DNA of 32,000 nucleotides from Methanococcus maripaludis (GTDB lineage Archaea > AGJL01 > Methanococci > Methanococcales > Methanococcaceae). The position numbers and the translations under genes are program-made. Every line of letters starts with the position of its first letter. The stretch's first letter is position 1. Shown here one piece after another: positions 26,371 to 32,000 of the stretch. The notes beneath the pieces were generated by a model. That model was not told where the DNA came from and searched no databases. It saw only the letters and a program-made list of their open reading frames with translations. The stretch spans positions 1,050,001 through 1,082,000 of the forward strand of contig NZ_CP026606.1 of assembly GCF_002945325.1 (NCBI RefSeq). Direction: 5' to 3'.

Positions 26371-26920
26371 CGGAATCCTCTCCTGATATTGCTTTGGAGA
26401 ATTCTTCTTCTGCAAGCACTTCATTAATAACTCCATCAAGGTCAATTTGGTGCGTATTTAAATATACGTTTGCCAGAATCACAACATCATTTTGAAGTTC
26501 TTCAACCCTTTTTTTCAGGTTTCGAGATTCATTTTCCATCATTTCTACTTTTTCCATGCTGGTTGCTGTGATTTTTGAAATGCCTATGAATGGATTGATT
26601 TGATTAGATACCACTTCGTAAAGTGCCATCATATCTTGAAAATTTTCGTTAATATTTTGAATGTCACCCCTGAGGTTTTCATTCTCTTTCCTCAGGTTTG
26701 TGACCATCATTTCAATTTTTGGGAACTTGGATTCAAGTTCCCCAATTTTGGCAAGAAGTTCTTCATTTGCAGCAAACAAATCTTCAGATTCGTTCACTGC
26801 TTCCTCTTCAAGTGTAAAACTAAATTCGTCATCAGGTTCAGGTTCTGAACTTTCTTCAGTCTTCCTGCCTAATTTGATCTTCTGTTTTATCTCTTCAATA
26901 ATCTCTGAGATATTAGGCAT
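26360..26920 (-). CDS. flaC: Archaellum accessory protein FlaC
   Basis: 186-aa acidic protein rich in predicted coiled coil. It sits directly downstream of the archaellin genes and upstream of flaD. Confidence 0.82.
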   Translation of the reverse strand: MPNISEIIEEIKQKIKLGRKTEESSEPEPDDEFSFTLEEEAVNESEDLFAANEELLAKIGELESKFPKIEMMVTNLRKENENLRGDIQNINENFQDMMALYEVVSNQINPFIGISKITATSMEKVEMMENESRNLKKRVEELQNDVVILANVYLNTHQIDLDGVINEVLAEEEFSKAISGEDSDDW

Positions 26921-26930
26921 AATATCACCA

Positions 26931-27563
26931 TTATTGAAGTGTAGTTACATTTTCAGTAAATACAGATGGAGCTCTAAATTCAACGATTCCTGATGCACCA
27001 TATTCTGGAATTACTTCACCAGAAACTTTTGAGGTTGAAGCAACATCCATAGTAACTGTAAGGTATACTTTGTCACCGTAATTTATTGTCGGGTGTGTAG
27101 AATCAGTGGTTGAATTATCACTATCCTGTAGTACTATTACACCATATTTGGTGTCAGTACCCCATTCAGTTTCATCAAAAATGCTGTCAGATCCCGCATC
27201 TTTAACAACTGCATTGTGTTGGGCACTGTCGTAAACGAGAGAATATTTTGCATCTCCTGTACTCAATGTCAAAATCGTTGTCGAAAGATCGATTTCTCCA
27301 CCAACATTTGGTGTAACCATAACTGCTAATTTATCAATTGTAGTTTTGTCTGTTGCATGACCAATTACTTTTAAAACTTGTATTCCGCTTGCAACTTGTT
27401 CGGTGCTTTCTTCACCAACGGTTGAAGCTTTGTGCTGAAGTTTTCCAGCGGTATTAATAATTACTGAGGCAGCAATTGCTGCAACGAGTACCATTGCAAT
27501 AAAAATTATCAAGGTACCGATTCCAACGGCACCTTTCTTATTCTTCATGAATTTTTTCACCAT
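26931..27563 (-). CDS. flaB3: Archaellin FlaB3 (minor archaellin)
   Basis: Begins [11 protein letters not shown]|[29 protein letters not shown]: a class III signal peptide plus the conserved archaellin N-terminal helix. It is the third tandem archaellin gene. Confidence 0.9.
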   Translation of the reverse strand: MVKKFMKNKKGAVGIGTLIIFIAMVLVAAIAASVIINTAGKLQHKASTVGEESTEQVASGIQVLKVIGHATDKTTIDKLAVMVTPNVGGEIDLSTTILTLSTGDAKYSLVYDSAQHNAVVKDAGSDSIFDETEWGTDTKYGVIVLQDSDNSTTDSTHPTINYGDKVYLTVTMDVASTSKVSGEVIPEYGASGIVEFRAPSVFTENVTTLQ

Positions 27564-27597
27564 TTCACCACCTCGGATAAAAAAATAAGCAAGGGGC

Positions 27598-28248
27598 TTA
27601 TTGTAATGAAACTACTTTTTCAGTGAATGTTGAAGGTGTGGTGAATGAAATAACTCCTGGAGCACCAAATTCTGGCTGAACAGATCCTGAAATTTCCATT
27701 CTTGTATCGAATGAAACTCCGCTTACAATAATTGCAACTATGTCACCTTTGTTGATAACTGGTGCTGAACTTGTAAATGAGAGATCTGCATCTTGAATTT
27801 CAACTATTCCAAATTCTGTAGTATCTGCTAATTTTGACCAGTTTACAGTTGTAGTGTTGTAAAGGTCTCCACCTGCAGTTAGGTTTGTGTATGCAGTAGT
27901 ATCGTATTTAGTAACGGTTTTTGTACTTCCGTCTGAAAGTGTTAAAACAACCTGATTCATGTCGATTGCAGCACTTCCTGCGTTAGGAGTTATGTAAATT
28001 GCTAATTTTGTAATGTTTGCACCAGCTGAACCATCTTGGTATCCGCTAATACCCATAATTTGTAAACCGCTTGCAACTTGTTCGGTACTATCTTTACCGG
28101 TAGTTGAAGCTTTCTGTTGTAAATATCCGCTTGTGTTAATTAAAACACTTGCTGCAACTGCAGCAACTAGTACCATTGCAATAAAAACAATCAAGGTTCC
28201 GATTCCAGAAGCACCTTTTTTGTTTTTCATGAATTCTGTTATTTTCAT
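27598..28248 (-). CDS. flaB2: Archaellin FlaB2
   Basis: Begins [12 protein letters not shown]|[29 protein letters not shown]…, with several N-x-S/T sequons. RBS GGAGGT lies 6 nt upstream. Confidence 0.92.
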   Translation of the reverse strand: MKITEFMKNKKGASGIGTLIVFIAMVLVAAVAASVLINTSGYLQQKASTTGKDSTEQVASGLQIMGISGYQDGSAGANITKLAIYITPNAGSAAIDMNQVVLTLSDGSTKTVTKYDTTAYTNLTAGGDLYNTTTVNWSKLADTTEFGIVEIQDADLSFTSSAPVINKGDIVAIIVSGVSFDTRMEISGSVQPEFGAPGVISFTTPSTFTEKVVSLQ

Positions 28249-28285
28249 AATTGAACCTCCAATAAGGATGAATTTTTTAAATTAA

Positions 28286-28921
28286 TTATTGAAGTTCTAC
28301 AAGTGCTGTTGTGTATGAAGCAGGGGTTGTAAATGAAATAACTCCTGGAGCACCAAATTCTGGCTGAACTTTTCCTGAGATTGCAGTTCTTTCAGGGATT
28401 TCTCCACCAAATGATGCATTAACGTCAACAATCAATGCTACAGCATCTCCTTTGTTGATAACTGCATTGTCAACTGCTGAATCATCGTAATCTTGTAAAA
28501 TATTTACTTGGAATGTGGTTGCGGTTGCGCCAGTGTCGTTTGAAAATACACTTGAGTTTCCGCTACTCATGTCTTGGTTACCGCCGTAACCTAAAACTAC
28601 GCTTTTTCCGTCGTAATCAAGCATAATTTTTGTTTGTGCTAAATCGATTGCAGAACTTCCTGCGTTAGGACATAAGTAAATTGCAAGCAATTTAACATCT
28701 GAAGTTCCAACGCTTCCAGTAATTCCGTTTATTAATAAACCGCTTGCAACTTGTTCGGTACTTTCTTTACCGGTAGTTGAAGCTTTCTGTTGTAAGAATC
28801 CGCTTGTGTTAATTAAAACACTTGCTGCAACTGCAGCAACTAATACCATTGCAATAAAAACAATCAAGGTACCAATTCCGGAAGCACCTTTTTTGTTTTT
28901 CATGAATTCTGTTATTTTCAT
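28286..28921 (-). CDS. flaB1: Archaellin FlaB1
   Basis: The N-terminus is the same as FlaB2, starting at ATG 28921 after GGAGGT. The 48-codon upstream extension in the ORF track (to 29065) runs through the leader and promoter and is rejected. Confidence 0.92.
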   Translation of the reverse strand: MKITEFMKNKKGASGIGTLIVFIAMVLVAAVAASVLINTSGFLQQKASTTGKESTEQVASGLLINGITGSVGTSDVKLLAIYLCPNAGSSAIDLAQTKIMLDYDGKSVVLGYGGNQDMSSGNSSVFSNDTGATATTFQVNILQDYDDSAVDNAVINKGDAVALIVDVNASFGGEIPERTAISGKVQPEFGAPGVISFTTPASYTTALVELQ

Positions 28922-29006
28922 GATTGAACCTCCTAAGTTCACCAGACTTTCTTTTCGAGAGTTTCTAGCCTTTAGAATCTCGTATGAATCCTTGAGATTT
29001 TTACCT

Positions 29007-29026
29007 CTTCGGGGATATTCCCGAAG
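29007..29026 (-). repeat. Perfect 7-bp GC-rich inverted repeat CTTCGGG-N6-CCCGAAG in the fla leader / TSS region
   Basis: Read directly: arms 29007-29013 and 29020-29026 are exact reverse complements. It lies 20-45 nt downstream of the fla TATA box and about 85 nt upstream of the flaB1 ATG. Confidence 0.7.
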
Positions 29027-29045
29027 AAATATGTCGTTTTTTGTT

Positions 29046-29063
29046 AATATATACTTTTTTTGC
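29046..29063 (-). promoter_or_regulatory. Predicted fla operon core promoter (purine-rich BRE-like tract plus TATA box)
   Basis: The minus strand reads GCAAAAAAAG-TATATATT (TATA at 29053->29046). It is the only strong TATA-like element upstream of flaB1 on that strand and implies a leader of roughly 100 nt. Confidence 0.6.
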
Positions 29064-29098
29064 ACTTATTTTGGCATATGGTGCTGTATTTGGTTTTG

Positions 29099-29124
29099 TA
29101 TGTAGTTATGTATATGATTATGTA
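29099..29124 (-). promoter_or_regulatory. Three direct copies of TACATA (minus strand) upstream of the fla promoter; candidate activator (EarA-type) binding sites
   Basis: Plus-strand TATGTA occurs at 29099-29104, 29107-29112 and 29119-29124, which is 46-78 bp upstream of the TATA box. As I recall, TACATA is the reported consensus bound by the M. maripaludis fla activator EarA. Confidence 0.6.
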
Positions 29125-29226
29125 GGTAAATTTAATGAAAAAACGGTTAACCTACACAAACACATGCAAAAAACGAATATAATCCATTTAATTCATAATA
29201 ATATTACTATTAAAAGCGTGATAATA

Positions 29227-30906
29227 ATGATAGGATCTTTTAAATCAACTGATTATCATTTAAATCCAAAAAGCGGTGCAGATACAAAAGGAATATCTGG
29301 TTTTGATTTTTCAGATTTTCGAGATGTTCTTTCTGTTGGAAAATATGCATTTGAACATCGGGAATCTATAAAACATTTTATTCCAAAATTTGAAAAAGCA
29401 CTTGAAAGTGATTTTAAAATAAAATGGGCGGCATTAAACTCACTTTCAATGATTTCAAAGGCAAATCCTCTCGAAGTTCTGCCGTTAATTCCAAAAATTG
29501 CGGAATTATTGGAAAACTCTGACTGGAGAATTCGAAAAAATGCAGTTTTATTTTTTGGAGATTTTGGACTTGTATGTTATAATAATGTTAAACCCTACAT
29601 GGAAAATTTGAAAAAGTGTATTAATGATTCAAACATTGATGTGGTTTGTTCAAGTGCATATGCTCTTTCAAAAATAATGTTAAATTCAAAATGTGAAGAA
29701 AAAATTGATTTATTTGGGATACTGCGCGAAAAAATAACTTCAAAAGTAGTTTTAATGGATTTAATAAAAAATATCGGAGAAATTAACCCTGATTTAATAA
29801 AATCTTGTCAAAATGATGTATTATCCTGTTTAGATTCAAATGATCCTGTTTTAAAATCAAAAGTAATTAAGATTTTAGGAGATATTAAAGATTACGAACT
29901 CGACGAAAATACGTCTAAAATATTGATCGATTCATTAAAAAGTGATAATTTAGAAATTAGGCGAAGTTCAGTTTATTCAATATGGAAATATTCTGAAAAA
30001 TATCCCGAATACTTAAAAAATGCAATTAATACGCTTGTTGAATTTACAAGTTCGAGCGATAAATATACTAAAATATATTCGCTTTTAGCGCTGAATAAAT
30101 TAAGCTACACGGAACCACTTAAATTTGAAAATTTAAACATAAATCCATTATTGGATGAAGATCCTGATGTCATTTATCCTTCAATCACGCTTCTTTACAA
30201 TTTATCAAAATACAGCCCGAAAGTTACTACAAGACACTATAAAAAAGTCTGTGTATTGATGAACAATCCTGATAAATACATTTCAAAGCAGGCTCTTCGA
30301 ATTGTCGGTAATCTTGGAAAATACGATCAAAAGTACATTAACAGATATATTAATAATGTAAGATTGAAACTTTCAGACGAAGAACTTTCAAAAGAAGCAA
30401 CGATCGCAATGGTAAAATCCGGCTACATTGAGAAAAAGAATCTTGAAATAATTTTAAAGGCTGCAGACAAGGCTAAATATAATATGGAGTTTTTAAGAGA
30501 AATAATTGAAGAATATCCAAAAGAACTTCTTTCATCCCTTGAAAAAGAGTTATTTAATTTAAAAAGAACGTGGAATCAAGAATATATCAATGAACTCTGT
30601 TATTCTATAAATGAGAGATTATCATTAAATGATCCAGATTTTACGAATATAAAATTGGAAAGACCTGAAATTGAAGAACCTCCCGTAATTGTTGCTTTAA
30701 AATCAGAGTGCACAGAAGTAGAACTTGAAGATGGAAAACAGGTTTATATTTTAGATAAAAGCAAATGCATTGAAACTTCGCTTTCGGGGGACCTTTTAGA
30801 ACTTTTAGATGTGGAAAATAAAAATGAATTCGATATTTACAAATTATCGCACGATTTAATGATTCAATCATTAATCGAATCTGCAATAAATGAGCCAAAA
30901 AGATAG
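29227..30906 (+). CDS. HEAT/PBS-lyase-type repeat protein (about 559 aa), divergent from the fla operon
   Basis: Contains repeated helical units of the form …DWRIRKNAVLFFGDFG…, …DPVLKSKVIKILGDI…, …NLEIRRSSVYSIWKY…, …DKYISKQALRIVGNLG… The ORF-track start (29041) lies inside the fla promoter and TACATA region. In-frame alternatives are ATG 29164, GTG 29218 and ATG 29227, and the start is not resolved. Confidence 0.7.
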   Translation: MIGSFKSTDYHLNPKSGADTKGISGFDFSDFRDVLSVGKYAFEHRESIKHFIPKFEKALESDFKIKWAALNSLSMISKANPLEVLPLIPKIAELLENSDWRIRKNAVLFFGDFGLVCYNNVKPYMENLKKCINDSNIDVVCSSAYALSKIMLNSKCEEKIDLFGILREKITSKVVLMDLIKNIGEINPDLIKSCQNDVLSCLDSNDPVLKSKVIKILGDIKDYELDENTSKILIDSLKSDNLEIRRSSVYSIWKYSEKYPEYLKNAINTLVEFTSSSDKYTKIYSLLALNKLSYTEPLKFENLNINPLLDEDPDVIYPSITLLYNLSKYSPKVTTRHYKKVCVLMNNPDKYISKQALRIVGNLGKYDQKYINRYINNVRLKLSDEELSKEATIAMVKSGYIEKKNLEIILKAADKAKYNMEFLREIIEEYPKELLSSLEKELFNLKRTWNQEYINELCYSINERLSLNDPDFTNIKLERPEIEEPPVIVALKSECTEVELEDGKQVYILDKSKCIETSLSGDLLELLDVENKNEFDIYKLSHDLMIQSLIESAINEPKR

Positions 30907-30937
30907 ATATTTTATTTTAATTTTTTACTTTTTTAAA

Positions 30938-31834
30938 TTATTCACATTTTACAATAACTAATGGGCTGTGTTCCATCTCTTTTAAAACATCAACAGTTAT
31001 TTCAAAAGTGTTGTATTTTTTCATTAAATCATGAATTGACTTTGTATATGGGACTTGAGACGTATCTGATAGATTTGCAATGTATAGAATCGTTTTTAAG
31101 GGATATTTTTTGTAATTCTCATTTCCCACAATTGCAAGCGGGGTTGCACCACAAAGGCCGCCCTGTTTTAATATTTTTCCAAATTTCCCTAAAATATATC
31201 CAAAAACACCTATTTTTGAAATTATTCCATCAATTGCAATTGGAAGTGCTGTAACGTACCAGTTAAAAAACCTGTATGTTGCATCTGTATCGATTACCAT
31301 AACCGTTAAATCGAGATTCAGTTCTTCCTTTATTTTTTTATGGAGTTTTTTTGCAGAATTTTCAGGTTTTTCTGGAAGGAGGGATGCATAAGTACCCGGA
31401 ACGTTTGTTAAGTCAATTCCGCCTTCTGATGCAGGTTTTAGTGCGTATATTAACCCTACATTTTCAATTACTATTTGTTTGTGTTTTAGTGTTTCCGTCT
31501 TTGGCATTTTTCTTAAATTTTTAACCCTGTCGCCCCTAGTACCTAAAAGAGGGCCTAATACATATCCCCAGCCGTATTTTGATAGATAATATGTAAAATA
31601 TGCCCAGAATTTAGGATTCGCCAAACTTTCATCTACGAAGTTGTCTTCGCTTGTAGCTATGAATTTTTCACTGACGACTAAAAAATCCCCGTTTTTTATT
31701 TCAAATCCGTTTTCAATTTCATTTTTTAAAGAATTGATGGATTCTGATACAAAATCTTCGTTTCTATCGATATATCTGGTTCTTATCGGTGTTGCATTTA
31801 TTTCCATTTTTTCACGAATTAAAACTATCTCCAT
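30938..31834 (-). CDS. CofE-like (F420-0:gamma-glutamyl ligase family-related) protein, function uncertain
   Basis: 298 aa. The segment KNGDFLVVSEKFIATSE … EGGIDLTNVPGTYASLLPEKPENSAKKLHKKIKEELNLDLTVMVIDTDATYR parallels the CofE pattern (GD…V…K..S..E; AGID.SN; LP.DPD.SA; V.I.DT.gR). Family-level call only. Confidence 0.5.
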   Translation of the reverse strand: MEIVLIREKMEINATPIRTRYIDRNEDFVSESINSLKNEIENGFEIKNGDFLVVSEKFIATSEDNFVDESLANPKFWAYFTYYLSKYGWGYVLGPLLGTRGDRVKNLRKMPKTETLKHKQIVIENVGLIYALKPASEGGIDLTNVPGTYASLLPEKPENSAKKLHKKIKEELNLDLTVMVIDTDATYRFFNWYVTALPIAIDGIISKIGVFGYILGKFGKILKQGGLCGATPLAIVGNENYKKYPLKTILYIANLSDTSQVPYTKSIHDLMKKYNTFEITVDVLKEMEHSPLVIVKCE

Positions 31835-31884
31835 TATTTTTATATTTTGGTACTCTATAATTAGTAAGGAAAAAGGTGAAAATT

Positions 31885-32000
31885 ATGCATCTAACGAGAG
31901 AAGAGGAAAAATTGTATGCAGGAGAATACGGGGAAGCCCTAGAAACCTGCATGAACTTACTTGTGTCATTAGGCGATATTTACGGAGCAGAAAAACTGGT
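31885..32000 (+). CDS. 5' end of a DUF521 / aconitase-X-type large subunit (partial, runs off the window)
   Basis: ATG 31885 follows [46 protein letters not shown] resembles the conserved N-terminus of the DUF521 family, which I recall as M.LT.EEE..L.GE.GEA…A…L…G.IYGA..L. Only 38 codons are visible. Confidence 0.5.
   Translation, partial: MHLTREEEKLYAGEYGEALETCMNLLVSLGDIYGAEKL

Noticed and set aside
26600-26993. 82-aa and 110-aa + strand ORFs, one of them Ser-rich
   Set aside because: They are antisense to flaC and flaB3. They are low-complexity shadow frames of an acidic coiled-coil gene, with no start context.
28922-29226. Upstream extensions of flaB1 (to 29065) and of the HEAT-repeat ORF (from 29041)
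   Set aside because: Both run through the divergent intergenic region containing the TATA box, the palindrome and the TACATA boxes. flaB1 has an exact archaellin N-terminus and RBS at 28921. The two extensions overlap each other on opposite strands.
1053-30270. Scattered UGAUGA / CUGA matches (for example about 1053, 5161, 6555, 30246) as possible C/D box sRNAs
   Set aside because: All of them fall inside well-supported coding regions and lack properly spaced D/D' boxes or terminal stems. None occurs in an intergenic region.
1-32000. CRISPR arrays, transposases or integrases, prophage or defence islands, rRNA genes
   Set aside because: I saw no direct-repeat/spacer periodicity, no terminal inverted repeats flanking any ORF and no recombinase-like ORF. 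The gene content is syntenic-looking core metabolism, pilus and archaellum genes.

Overview
This AT-rich 32 kb window reads as core chromosome of a Methanococcus-type hydrogenotrophic methanogen (M. maripaludis-like). That assignment comes from gene content and protein motifs only; no database search was possible. There are four blocks.

(1) 1-5530, + strand: a selenoprotein energy-metabolism cluster, vhuD-vhuG-vhuA-vhuU-vhuB followed by the Sec form of formylmethanofuran dehydrogenase subunit B. The ORF track misses or splits three of these genes because they carry four in-frame UGA (Sec) codons. Each gene is followed by a SECIS-like hairpin.

(2) 5.6-20 kb: housekeeping genes. These are a HisA-fold protein plus comE; a small membrane protein-cbf5-ferredoxin-unknown operon; an intron-containing tRNA-Trp; a metallophosphoesterase; a RecJ-like DHH protein; a PAPS-reductase-family protein; glmS; UPF0179; an endonuclease IV-like protein; and DGGGP synthase.

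(3) 9.4-11.8 kb: two paralogous short type IV pilin-like genes (KKG|Q class III signal peptides) bracket a 593-aa polytopic membrane protein. I consider this the most hypothesis-rich locus in the window.

(4) 20-29 kb, - strand: a complete archaellum operon, flaB1-B2-B3-C-D-E-F-G-H-I-J. Upstream lie its promoter, three TACATA boxes and a GC-rich palindrome in the leader. A HEAT-repeat protein gene diverges from it.

I see no CRISPR array, transposase, integrase or recognisable defence system. I cannot honestly claim a clearly novel system. The candidates below are conserved-unknown genes and cis-elements worth testing. Hand-mapped small elements may be off by 1-2 nt.
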